Of a stretch of DNA of 64,000 bases, positions 47,557 through 57,144 are shown piece by piece (the first letter of the stretch is position 1; each line of letters opens with the position of its first letter). The notes beneath the pieces are model-generated. The model had not been told where the DNA came from. It saw nothing but the letters and a program-made list of their open reading frames with translations, and did no database searches. Source of the DNA: a virus; IMG/VR virus record IMGVR_UViG_3300033149_003257, positions 1 to 64,000 of that record; one strand, 5' to 3'. A program made the translations under genes and the position numbers.

Positions 47557-48869
47557 ATGAATACCTCATATTGTTTTAATACTAACTGTTGTAAATTCTG
47601 TAAATCAGATTCTATAAGTTTAATTTTTTCTAGTAGTTCTTTTGTATCAGTATTTATAGTTAGTAATTTTCTAATTTTATATTTTGATATTAATTCTTTA
47701 ATTATTTCTTCAGAAACTCCACTATCTTCAGAGATTTTTTTGATAGAAGATTCTATATCAACATTTGAATTCATCAAATGACTTAATGATGGTTTGATCT
47801 TTTCTAGATTATTATATTCTTTAACTAATTGATTATTATAATTTATATCATTTACTAATTTATGTTTGTTAACTTTAGTAAACATATTATAAGTATCAAT
47901 TAACATATTATCAACAGATTTTATACAAACAGAATCGTTTATATAAACAACTATTTCAAATGGAATAGAACCTTTTAAAACTTCTTTCATTTTAGATATA
48001 AGTTTATTAAAAATAGCTTCTCTATTTCTTTGTTTTAAAACTTGAAAAACTATATTTGTTTTATCAGAAGATGAGTCAGTAAATCCAATATCTTGATTTT
48101 CTAATTCTTTCTGAAATTGATTTAAAATAGATTCAAATCTTTTTCCAGGAGGCCAAGATTTTAAAATTAATGTAGAGTTTGTATTATTTCTTCTAAAAAT
48201 TCCTTCAACTTGAATATTACACTTACCAGTAGTTAATAATTTTTTTAAATCTTCTTCTGAAGCAGTTATATTACAATCACTAATTGGTTTGATAACAGGT
48301 TCATCTCCAGATTTTGTAAGTAACCACATTAACCTTTTATATAAATCAGAAGTACTAAAAAATGGTATATAAGTTTTATAGCCAAATCCTATTCCTTGTG
48401 TATATTCTTTTCCCATTAAACAAAATGGAAACATAGTTGGAAGAATTGCAGGTTCCTTTTCTCCAAGATCATTAACTTCCCATTTTAAAGTATTAATATA
48501 TTTAAAAGCGATATTATATGTAAACTCAGATAATTTACATTCAGTATATCTTGACGCAGCAGCTCCAACAGGCTCTATTCCAACATTAGAACCAAAATTG
48601 CCTTGTCCATCTAAAAATCCCTGTTTTACCATTTGAACTAAAGTAGTATAAGCTTCACCATGAGGATGATAATTTCCAGTTGTATATGAATCAACTTGTT
48701 TACTCTTTTTAAATTTATTTCTAGCAATTTGATAAGCAGATAATAAAACTCTTCTTTCTACAGGTTTTAAACCATCTATTTGATATGGAAAACTTCGATA
48801 ATTAGAATATAAACCAAATTCTTTATATAATTTTTTTATAACTCTATCCATATTAAATATCTCCACCAA
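47553..48869 (-). CDS. Type IIA topoisomerase cleavage subunit (GyrA/ParC-like, no C-terminal pinwheel)
   Basis: DGLKPVERR, YHPHG, GQGNFG, AASRYTE, GIGFGY; only about 435 aa. Confidence 0.93.
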   Translation of the reverse strand: MVEIFNMDRVIKKLYKEFGLYSNYRSFPYQIDGLKPVERRVLLSAYQIARNKFKKSKQVDSYTTGNYHPHGEAYTTLVQMVKQGFLDGQGNFGSNVGIEPVGAAASRYTECKLSEFTYNIAFKYINTLKWEVNDLGEKEPAILPTMFPFCLMGKEYTQGIGFGYKTYIPFFSTSDLYKRLMWLLTKSGDEPVIKPISDCNITASEEDLKKLLTTGKCNIQVEGIFRRNNTNSTLILKSWPPGKRFESILNQFQKELENQDIGFTDSSSDKTNIVFQVLKQRNREAIFNKLISKMKEVLKGSIPFEIVVYINDSVCIKSVDNMLIDTYNMFTKVNKHKLVNDINYNNQLVKEYNNLEKIKPSLSHLMNSNVDIESSIKKISEDSGVSEEIIKELISKYKIRKLLTINTDTKELLEKIKLIESDLQNLQQLVLKQYEVFI

Positions 48870-49081
48870 ATTCTTCTAAATTCCAATATGAGGTATATTT
48901 TCGAACCAATAAATACATATCTAATACAAATTTATACATTATTATTCATTAAAATTTTTGTAAGTGGAAAACAATTACAATTTTTCGAAATATAACTAAT
49001 CATTTCTTCTTTTAATTTATTCTTTTCTTCTTCACTTAAATATTTTAAAATCTTCTATATCTGAATTCAATTGTTATGTTG

Positions 49082-49339
49082 TTATGTAACATCTCCATTT
49101 TCTTGTATTTTTATATCTTCATATATAGAAACTTGTTTTCTGTAAAATTCTAATTTAGCACAATCCATAGTAGATATACATCTAGATAAATTAAAATAAC
49201 TTTTTCCTAAACGTTTTAAATACATTAAACAAAGTTTATATATACAATAATTTAATTCCCCATCTGCGTCAATTTTTTTCACTATTTCTTTTAAATGTTC
49301 ATCAAACTTCTCTCTTTGTTCTTTTTCAATATATGGCAT
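49082..49339 (-). CDS. Conserved phage protein (MPYI...GELNY family); start probably 49339
   Basis: MPYIEKEQR...GELNY...CAKLEFYRK...YEDIKIQENGDV. Confidence 0.7.
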   Translation of the reverse strand: MPYIEKEQREKFDEHLKEIVKKIDADGELNYCIYKLCLMYLKRLGKSYFNLSRCISTMDCAKLEFYRKQVSIYEDIKIQENGDVT

Positions 49340-49497
49340 TATTCTTTTCCTATAAGAGAACATTTTTTATTTCTTTTTTTATTTTCCAATTTTTTCTTTT
49401 TCTTACTCTTTCCCCAACTACAAATAAAATTATAATGTTCATCAATTGATAACAAATTGCAAGACGGACAATCTTTTGTTATTACTTTTTTATACAT
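49339..49497 (-). CDS. Small 52-aa Cys/Lys-rich protein (not in ORF track)
   Basis: MYKKVITKDCPSCNLLSIDEHYNFICSWGKSKKKKKLENKKRNKKCSLIGKE*. Overlaps the topoisomerase stop and couples via TAATG to the next gene. Confidence 0.6.
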   Translation of the reverse strand: MYKKVITKDCPSCNLLSIDEHYNFICSWGKSKKKKKLENKKRNKKCSLIGKE

Positions 49498-51295
49498 CAA
49501 TAATTTCCTTTTCTAAAAGAAGCCTCTTTTCGTCAGAACTAGAAAATAATTTAATAAGATCATCCAAATTTTTACAATAATTCAATTGAACTAATTTTCT
49601 AGTGTTATTATCAACCAAACAATATTTCAATTGATTTGGAGATAATTCACCTAACCCCTTAAATCTACTTATTTTTCTATCATCATTCAATGCAATTTTA
49701 ACTTCATCATTTGACCATAATGGTTTAAAAAAATTCTTTTCATTAATTGCAAATAATGGAGTTTGTGCTATATAATACTTTCCTGAAATAACAATCTCTG
49801 GAACTAGAACAGCAATAATCATGGAAATTAAACATGCTATATGAGAACCATCTGGATCTGCATCAGTAGCACAAATAACTTTACTATATCTTAATTTATT
49901 AATATCAAAATGAGGAGTAACTCCAGTACCAAGAGATTGAATTAATTCACCAACTTCTTTATTTGCTAATATATTTTTCTTTGTAGCAATATTTGGTATT
50001 TTTCCTTTTAATGGTAAAACAGCAACTGTTCTTGGATCTCTACATTGTAATAAAGATCCAGCAGCTGAATCTCCTTCTACAATAAATAATTCTCCAAATC
50101 TACTTGTACAATCTCTTAATTTTGTATATTTAGTAGAAGCTCTTCTATTTACAGTATTAAGCTTTAACTTTTTTGAGTCTAACTTTTTTCTATAATTTTC
50201 AAAATGTTCTAAAAGTTTCTGAGTTAACTCTTGATTTACATTAAAATAATTCTCAATATTTTGTTTTAATTTAGAAGATAATACTTCTAAATAAGATCTT
50301 TTATTAACTAGTTTATCTTTAGTTTGTCCATGAAATTCTGGATTCTTTAAAGAAAGATTAATATAAGCTCTAATACCACATAAACAATCTTGTGGTTGAA
50401 ATTTTATTCCTAATTTCTTAGCTTTATTATTAAATATATCTTTAAGAATATCTACAAACCAATTTACATGAGTTCCTCCACTATCTATATGAAGTAAATT
50501 TACAGATGATAATATTCTAGGAGAAACACTTCCATTAAAAGAATAACAAAACATTACTTGAAAAATTTCAGGATCAATTTTGACCTTACTAGTCACAATT
50601 TCAGTTATATCTTTATCATTTTGTAATAAACAATAATTTTGAAAATAAATATTTCTATCTAATGAAATTACTTCTCTATTTTTATCAACATTTAAAATCA
50701 AAGTAACATTTGGAAGCTCAACTGATGATATAATCAATCTTTTTCTCAATCTATCAATATCTGGTTCTAGTTTCTCAAATATTTTCCGATCTGGCTTAAA
50801 TTCAATTTTAGTAGAAAATGGCCGATCTTTAGTATATTCAACTATATTTTTTCTTAAAAACTTAGCATTTTTAAATTCAAAAATTGCATATTTATTATCT
50901 CTATATATTTCAATTTTATAAGTTTCACTTAAAGCATTTACAGCTACCAAACCAATCCCATGTAAACCACTACTTATTTCATAAACAGATTTTCTATCTT
51001 GAAATTTAGCACCAGTATGTAAATGTTCCGAAATTAAAATTGGTACATCATTTCCGATTGGAATTCCTCTCCCATTATCAAGAACAGATATTACATTCTC
51101 TTTAGTATTTATATTTACTGCAATTACATCAGCACAACCAGCTTGAGCTTCATCTAATGAGTTATCTAAAGCTTCTTCAATAAGATGACAAGGATTGGAT
51201 GTTTCACCGACATACATACTTGGAGTAAGTCGAACATGTGTTATATCATCAATTTTAGATATATCTTTTTCATTATATTCTTTTTTCATTTTCAT
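49490..51295 (-). CDS. Type IIA topoisomerase ATPase/TOPRIM subunit (GyrB/ParE-like)
   Basis: EALDNSLDE, DNGRGIP, GLHGIG, VEGDSA, PLKGK, DADPDG, RFKGLGE. Confidence 0.95.
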   Translation of the reverse strand: MKMKKEYNEKDISKIDDITHVRLTPSMYVGETSNPCHLIEEALDNSLDEAQAGCADVIAVNINTKENVISVLDNGRGIPIGNDVPILISEHLHTGAKFQDRKSVYEISSGLHGIGLVAVNALSETYKIEIYRDNKYAIFEFKNAKFLRKNIVEYTKDRPFSTKIEFKPDRKIFEKLEPDIDRLRKRLIISSVELPNVTLILNVDKNREVISLDRNIYFQNYCLLQNDKDITEIVTSKVKIDPEIFQVMFCYSFNGSVSPRILSSVNLLHIDSGGTHVNWFVDILKDIFNNKAKKLGIKFQPQDCLCGIRAYINLSLKNPEFHGQTKDKLVNKRSYLEVLSSKLKQNIENYFNVNQELTQKLLEHFENYRKKLDSKKLKLNTVNRRASTKYTKLRDCTSRFGELFIVEGDSAAGSLLQCRDPRTVAVLPLKGKIPNIATKKNILANKEVGELIQSLGTGVTPHFDINKLRYSKVICATDADPDGSHIACLISMIIAVLVPEIVISGKYYIAQTPLFAINEKNFFKPLWSNDEVKIALNDDRKISRFKGLGELSPNQLKYCLVDNNTRKLVQLNYCKNLDDLIKLFSSSDEKRLLLEKEIIDV

Positions 51296-51752
51296 CCTGT
51301 TTTTGTTCTTGTTTAACTAAGTATAATCCCTCTTTCATACATTCTATAAAATTAGAAATATGTTTCTCTCCTTGAAATATAAAATCTTCTTCCATATCTA
51401 AATATCCAGTAAAAATTAATTTAATTGAATTTTTTAGTCTATATTTAAAATTATCAAACCAATAAATAAATGTATTATCAAATAAATATAATAACGCTTG
51501 TTTAATTTTTCTTTTTATTACATATTCTTTAAAATTATCAAACCACAAAAGATCTCTACGATCAAATTTAAAAAAAGATACTCTTTTCCAGAATTCTAAA
51601 GATAACATATTTAATTCTTTATCAAAAGAAATATCAATATAAACATCATGAGAAGGATCTCCACATGAACAACTACATCTATATAAAACAGAGTCATCAT
51701 CATATTGATCACATAACATAACACCTTGTTTAAATTTTGACTCGTTTTTCAT
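51273..51752 (-). CDS. Hypothetical protein (CxCxC..H motif)
   Basis: 159-aa ORF with RBS; YRCSCSCGDPSH. Confidence 0.6.
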   Translation of the reverse strand: MKNESKFKQGVMLCDQYDDDSVLYRCSCSCGDPSHDVYIDISFDKELNMLSLEFWKRVSFFKFDRRDLLWFDNFKEYVIKRKIKQALLYLFDNTFIYWFDNFKYRLKNSIKLIFTGYLDMEEDFIFQGEKHISNFIECMKEGLYLVKQEQKQDENEKRI

Positions 51753-53052
51753 TATTTTCTCCTAATCTAACTACAAACCCTGTTCTATCTACTTGACTAG
51801 CAGAACATCCTCTAGAAATAACCCAAATTATTTTTTTTGGAAGTAATTTTCTATTTACTGTATTTATATTTTCACAACCGCCATCAGTGAACATTAAAAC
51901 AACATCTGATTTTTTCTTTTTTGCTTCTATAAGTGCAGGTAATAATACAGTACCACCTCTTCCTTTTATATTAAATTGAATATCTTTAACTTTTTTTACT
52001 TCATAAGTTTTTTGAACTTTAGTATCACATTCAATAACAAATGTTTTACAATATCTATCATTTTCTATAATATTTTTAATACCTGATAATGCTTCTAAAA
52101 TTTCCTCTTTTGACATGCTTCCAGATGTATCTATACCAATAACAATAGAAAATGAAAAATCTCTAGTTCTTCCAGGAAATGGAGATATTACAGGTAAATC
52201 TAAATAATCTTTTAAAACAAAAGTATATGTTCTTTTTCTATTAATTTTTGTGTGAGATCTTATAAATTTACTTAATCTTGTTCCTCTTACAAGTTTTCTA
52301 ATAATCTGATAATAAGGAACTTCTGGCGGTCTTAATAAATTTTCAAGTAAATCATTAATATATGAAGGAAGATTACCTCTTTGTTTATTAAAATTTTTAG
52401 CAGCTTCTTTAGCTATAGTCGAAACATAATTATTAATTTTTCGTGATAAAGAATTTAAATCAGAAACTTGTTCAGAAATATTTTCCCATCTTGAATGATC
52501 ATCAATATTTTTTCCACTACTATTTCCTTCTCCTTTATCATCATCAAAACTTAAATTATTATAATTAACTCTCTTACATCTTTTTAATAATTCTTGATAA
52601 TAAAATTCAGAAAACTTGTTTGGTGGTAAATTATAAATATCTGGAAAACAAAGTTTATATGGTTCAGAATTCACAGTAAGAACTTTTGGTAAATCTGCTT
52701 GTGTATTTACACAACAATCTGCTGCTTTATTCCATATTCTAGATTTTACTTCTTTATTATGATTATTCATTTCATTAGCTAAGACTCTTAACAATCTACT
52801 AATATGTTTATTTAATAAATGCATTCCTTCATGTTTTAATATATAATCTATAGTAGCATCATTAGTATTCTTTACCATTTCAGGTTGATATAATAAACTA
52901 ATGCTACCATCTGGTTCAGGAGCTACTCCCATTATAGCCGGTAATCTCGGTTCTGCTTTTCTTCTAACTCTTGAAAACAAATATCCCCAGTAACTATTTT
53001 CTTTTAATATAGATTTTGCAATTAAATCTTTTAATCTTTCACCTGGTTCCAT
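51730..53052 (-). CDS. DUF2201-type metallopeptidase-vWA protein (MoxR partner)
   Basis: KHEGMH (HExxH), WNKAAD, IDTSGSMS MIDAS, GRGGT, FTDG. Confidence 0.88.
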   Translation of the reverse strand: MEPGERLKDLIAKSILKENSYWGYLFSRVRRKAEPRLPAIMGVAPEPDGSISLLYQPEMVKNTNDATIDYILKHEGMHLLNKHISRLLRVLANEMNNHNKEVKSRIWNKAADCCVNTQADLPKVLTVNSEPYKLCFPDIYNLPPNKFSEFYYQELLKRCKRVNYNNLSFDDDKGEGNSSGKNIDDHSRWENISEQVSDLNSLSRKINNYVSTIAKEAAKNFNKQRGNLPSYINDLLENLLRPPEVPYYQIIRKLVRGTRLSKFIRSHTKINRKRTYTFVLKDYLDLPVISPFPGRTRDFSFSIVIGIDTSGSMSKEEILEALSGIKNIIENDRYCKTFVIECDTKVQKTYEVKKVKDIQFNIKGRGGTVLLPALIEAKKKKSDVVLMFTDGGCENINTVNRKLLPKKIIWVISRGCSASQVDRTGFVVRLGENNEKRVKI

Positions 53053-53161
53053 TTTATTTCACCCATTCACTAATTTTTTCACGTTTTTTTATTTTAAAAT
53101 ACTCTTCTTCTGGTAATATCCACATATTTTTTACCCACCCCTTACCCTTATAACCATTTTA

Positions 53162-54376
53162 TTATTCTTTAGCACATTTTACTATGCTTTCATAAAAATT
53201 CTTTTTATAATCTATTGACTTTTTCATCAATTTAGAATGTATATTAGTAATATATTTAAATTCATCAGTACTTCTACCAAAAGAATCAATTTTAGAAACA
53301 AAAATTGCAGCTGTATCAATTGGCATTATACTTAAAAAACTTGCAATATTATTCAATTCTTTATCAGTATATTCTGGTCTAGAAGTAGTTAAATAAGTAC
53401 AAAAGCCAATCATTAATTCACCAAGTTTTGAATTATTATTATCATTAATTAGTTTCATTATTTGTGGTTTAACTTTGTCAAAATTTAAGAATACATCTTT
53501 TGGAGCAATATCTTTTTGATCTCTTATAAACTCTATAAACATTCTAGTTTTACTAATATTTAATAAACCAGATGCAAGACTTTCTATATCATTATAATGA
53601 GATCTAATTCCACCATTCATTTCAAATTTCCACATATGGTGTGACAATTTTTCCCAACTTGCTGGATTTGAATATACTGAACCGACTTTTTGTGCTTTAA
53701 AATCATATAAATAATCAGGATGTGCTTGAATAAATTCAATCACAGATGGGTGAAAATCATTTTCAATTGCATATTTTAAAAAGTCTGGAACACTAACTTC
53801 AGAATAAATATGCAATTGTCGTCTAAGTCCAGCAGCATCTTCTAAAGTATCCATACTATATTCTTGATCATCAGGATTATCAATAGATATAACAAACCAT
53901 CCTTGTGGAAAATGATATCTATGAATAGAATATTCATTCTGTACTTGCCAAAGTAATTGCTGTAAAGAGTGGTCTCCTCTTGAAAATTCATCTATAACAA
54001 AAAGACCATAACTATGTTTATCTTTTGGAACAAAATCTGAATATAACATCTTAAAACTTGTTTCTCCATCATTTACAACTGGAAATGGAATAATAAAATC
54101 ATCTCTAGAAAGTACAGGAGCTTTAACCATAATAATATCAAAATTTATATTTAGTTCTTTAGTAAGTTCATTAGCTATTTGATAACAAATTTGAGTTTTT
54201 CCAACTCCTGCTGGACCAATTATATGAAAACATTGTCTTTCTACCTGCCTTCCTTTATTCCAAGCATTTAAAGTATTTTTAATATCATTTTTAATTATAT
54301 CTTTAATTTTAGAAATTGATAAAATAGAAATATTTAATCTATCTACATATTTTAATTCTTCACCATTCTCCGACAT
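53162..54376 (-). CDS. MoxR-like AAA+ ATPase
   Basis: GPAGVGKT, VIDEFSR, NPASWE; adjacent to vWA gene. Confidence 0.88.
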   Translation of the reverse strand: MSENGEELKYVDRLNISILSISKIKDIIKNDIKNTLNAWNKGRQVERQCFHIIGPAGVGKTQICYQIANELTKELNINFDIIMVKAPVLSRDDFIIPFPVVNDGETSFKMLYSDFVPKDKHSYGLFVIDEFSRGDHSLQQLLWQVQNEYSIHRYHFPQGWFVISIDNPDDQEYSMDTLEDAAGLRRQLHIYSEVSVPDFLKYAIENDFHPSVIEFIQAHPDYLYDFKAQKVGSVYSNPASWEKLSHHMWKFEMNGGIRSHYNDIESLASGLLNISKTRMFIEFIRDQKDIAPKDVFLNFDKVKPQIMKLINDNNNSKLGELMIGFCTYLTTSRPEYTDKELNNIASFLSIMPIDTAAIFVSKIDSFGRSTDEFKYITNIHSKLMKKSIDYKKNFYESIVKCAKE

Positions 54377-55296
54377 TAAAATTCTCCATCAAAATCAATA
54401 TCATCAAAACTTACAAAAGTCTCACCAATGTCTTCTTTTGGTTTCTCCTCCACTTTTTCTTGTCCTTGAGGAGAATCAAACTTTTGTGAATCAGAAACTT
54501 GAGTTTCTGCATAACCAGTTATATCTCTTCTATTTTTCGACCAATCAAATTTTTCATTAAAATTAGAAAGAGTTTTCTTAGAAATTTTTAAAATCTGTTT
54601 AACTGTTTCATCTTGTACTTGATTTCCTTCTTCTAATTTAAAAACTTTTCTATTTCCAAAATTAGTAGGAACTTCAGTTATAGTTACTTTTGTAACAAAT
54701 CTTTTATTATTGACAACAGCTTTTTCAAATCTAGTAGATTCTGGAGTTACAGGTTTAAATAATGGAGAAAGATCTTTTTGGGCCATTTCATTAAGATATT
54801 CTGAAACATTTGAATATCTTACTCCTTTAGCTCTAATAAAAAGAAATATTGGTTTTTTATCTTGACCAACTATTGGTTTTCCACTTTCTTCACAATAAAT
54901 TCCTGTAACAATTAATTGAGCTCTACAAGCATTACAAAACTCATCAGAAGCTCTTTCTGCTGAATTAGAACCACATACTTTACCACTTGTTCCTTTCCAA
55001 GGAAGTGGACCACTTTGAAATGAAAAACATTCTACACTATCTCTTCCTTGTTTAGAAATTACTTTTGCTAAAACTTGTTTAACATGAGTAATAATCATAT
55101 AAACAGAATCTAAATTATATTCTACTCCTCTTAATTGAATCTTACCTGCTTGTTCTGTAACATTAATATGATTATTTCTAGTTTGACCAGCAATATAAAT
55201 AGAATGAAAAAATTCATCTTCTGGAGCAATTGGTTGTTTACTTTCAAAACCTGTACTATCCAACCCTTCAAATTCTTCCATACTAAAATCTTCCAT
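54376..55296 (-). CDS. Putative single-stranded DNA-binding protein
   Basis: Beta-rich core with Cys cluster; acidic/aromatic tail FDDIDFDGEF. Confidence 0.5.
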   Translation of the reverse strand: MEDFSMEEFEGLDSTGFESKQPIAPEDEFFHSIYIAGQTRNNHINVTEQAGKIQLRGVEYNLDSVYMIITHVKQVLAKVISKQGRDSVECFSFQSGPLPWKGTSGKVCGSNSAERASDEFCNACRAQLIVTGIYCEESGKPIVGQDKKPIFLFIRAKGVRYSNVSEYLNEMAQKDLSPLFKPVTPESTRFEKAVVNNKRFVTKVTITEVPTNFGNRKVFKLEEGNQVQDETVKQILKISKKTLSNFNEKFDWSKNRRDITGYAETQVSDSQKFDSPQGQEKVEEKPKEDIGETFVSFDDIDFDGEF

Positions 55297-55505
55297 TTAT
55301 AATTCTCCTTCTGTATTGTTTTTTAAAAAAGGTTTATAATAATTAGAAAATATTTTTAAATTTTCTATATAATTTTTATTATTCTTTTCTTTTTCTTTTT
55401 TATCTAGTTTTTTAAGACAATGATGAGTATATATTATATTTTTCTTACATCAAGAATGTTCTTTACATATACAAGAAACTAAACAATTTTTACATGGATC
55501 TTCCA

Positions 55506-55700
55506 TTAAAATTTTAATGCACTCCATAATGAAATAAATATTAAGATTACTGCTAAAAAGATAAATAAAGGAAAAATATATTCGCCTACATTAAATTTTC
55601 TTTTTTGTAACTTTTGTACTCCGTTAAAATCTACATAATAATTTTCTTCTTTTATATTCTCTTTTTGATATTTTTTAATATTATTTTTTTTCATTTTCAA
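55506..55700 (-). CDS. Small membrane protein
   Basis: C-terminal hydrophobic segment IFPLFIFLAVILIFISLW. Confidence 0.5.
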   Translation of the reverse strand: MKMKKNNIKKYQKENIKEENYYVDFNGVQKLQKRKFNVGEYIFPLFIFLAVILIFISLWSALKF

Positions 55701-55803
55701 TAAAATATTTTTTTAAATTCATCACATAATTCATTACAATTATTTTTAAACAAACAATCTTTACATGGGTTTTCCATTTTATAACTTCATCATTTTTTAA
55801 TTT

Positions 55804-56376
55804 TTATTTATTTGGAAATAAACACCAATTACTTGAATTCCGATCATTAGGTATAGTAACTAAAGAAAATTCATTATTAAACCAACATTTCATATATTTT
55901 TCTGTTAATTCACTTGAAATAAATTCCCTTACTTCTTCAAATGAAAATTCATGATCTATATTTTCAATAGTTATTGGACTTACTTTTCTTACTTTTGAAT
56001 CAGTTATTTCACCACTTATTAATTTTGGATGAGGACAATAAACAATAACTAATTTATTACCAACTAATCTGAATATTTCATTTTTATACAAAAAACAATT
56101 TAAATCTAAATCATATGTAACTTTTTTTGCATTTAATACTCTGTCTATAGAAGTATGTTGTCTGCAAAGAATTCCTTCATCCTTTTTAGATTTACAAATT
56201 TCACAATCGTCTGGAGATAATGTATATTTAGTACCACGTATTTCAAATGTTGGATCAGCAGCTCTTTGGAAATATGATAATATTCTTCTTCTGTTTAACA
56301 ATAACTTTATTACCGTAATTGGATACAAATCACAAGCTAATCTTTCAATAAATTTTTCAGTAGATTCTAATTTCAT
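55804..56376 (-). CDS. Hypothetical protein with CxxC...CxxH zinc motif
   Basis: CEICK...CRQH; AGGAGG RBS. Confidence 0.7.
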   Translation of the reverse strand: MKLESTEKFIERLACDLYPITVIKLLLNRRRILSYFQRAADPTFEIRGTKYTLSPDDCEICKSKKDEGILCRQHTSIDRVLNAKKVTYDLDLNCFLYKNEIFRLVGNKLVIVYCPHPKLISGEITDSKVRKVSPITIENIDHEFSFEEVREFISSELTEKYMKCWFNNEFSLVTIPNDRNSSNWCLFPNK

Positions 56377-56460
56377 TTAAAAAACTACCTCCTAGTTTTT
56401 TGAGTTTTTTCCAACAAAAATTTGATTTTGAAACAAAAACAACAATTAAATTTATAGAAA

Positions 56461-56605
56461 CTTCTGTCATTATTATTATTAGCAATAACTAATATTTACA
56501 TATCAATAAAAATGATTGTAGATAAAAGCTATTGCTAACAGTCATAATGACAGAAGCCTTGCGATTACCAAACTAATAATATATCAACTATATTAATAAT
56601 TGGTA
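56461..56605 (-). ncRNA. Candidate structured RNA: a 96-nt imperfect hairpin plus a second hairpin
   Basis: cttctgtcattat (56461-73) pairs perfectly with ataatgacagaag (56544-56). Inner stems ttagcaatagct/agttattgctaa with G-U pairs favour the minus strand. Confidence 0.5.
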
Positions 56606-56623
56606 TATTACTTTAAAATTTTA

Positions 56624-56788
56624 TTATTCCATATTATCATTATCATTATTATTTAGTAAATTTTTTTGTACTGGAATATTTAGAAATTTTGCTAATTTAA
56701 TTAAAAGAGAAACATTAGATTTCCTAACTGAATCTATTATTCTATTTCTTAATTTTTTAATTTGTTTTATTCTTTCTGTTTCAAACAT
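56624..56788 (-). CDS. Small basic protein; start probably 56788 (MFETER)
   Basis: GGTGGAG RBS before ATG; first gene after the candidate early promoter. Confidence 0.55.
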   Translation of the reverse strand: MFETERIKQIKKLRNRIIDSVRKSNVSLLIKLAKFLNIPVQKNLLNNNDNDNME

Positions 56789-56862
56789 AAACTCTCCACC
56801 TTTATTTTTGTTGTAAAAATCCCATAATAATTTTTTCAAAAAATAAAACAACCTTCTATTTC

Positions 56863-56883
56863 TATCAATAATTTATATATATA
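56863..56883 (-). promoter_or_regulatory. Candidate early promoter TATATATATAAATTATTGATA
   Basis: 20/21 match to 15593-15613; heads the long minus-strand replication/accessory block. Confidence 0.55.
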
Positions 56884-56889
56884 GAAAAA

Positions 56890-57144
56890 TTATTTATCCA
56901 ATAATTCTAAAGAAGCCGGTTGTTTGTAATTAGATAAATCAATCAATACATTTCCGTTTTCAAATCTATCAGCAGCTTTAATTCTCTCTTTCACTTCTAG
57001 TGGCATAGCAGTATCAGTTAGATATACATAAATACCATTCTTAAAATTAAAAACCATACCATCACTGGTTTGTTCTACTTGAACAAAATCCTTCCTATCT
57101 GAACTAATATTAATAGAACCTTTTTTTATTTTAATCAATTGCAT
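56890..57144 (-). CDS. Hypothetical protein
   Basis: 84-aa ORF overlapping the upstream gene's end. Confidence 0.6.
   Translation of the reverse strand: MQLIKIKKGSINISSDRKDFVQVEQTSDGMVFNFKNGIYVYLTDTAMPLEVKERIKAADRFENGNVLIDLSNYKQPASLELLDK

Noticed and set aside
26752-51295. Cellular chromosome or eukaryotic giant-virus origin (rpoB/rpoC, gyrase-like genes, folE2, ubiquitin enzymes)
   Set aside because: Terminase and baseplate genes, reversed and compact rpoC-rpoB without ribosomal-protein neighbours, Shine-Dalgarno sites and prokaryotic-type E1/E2/JAB all indicate a bacteriophage.
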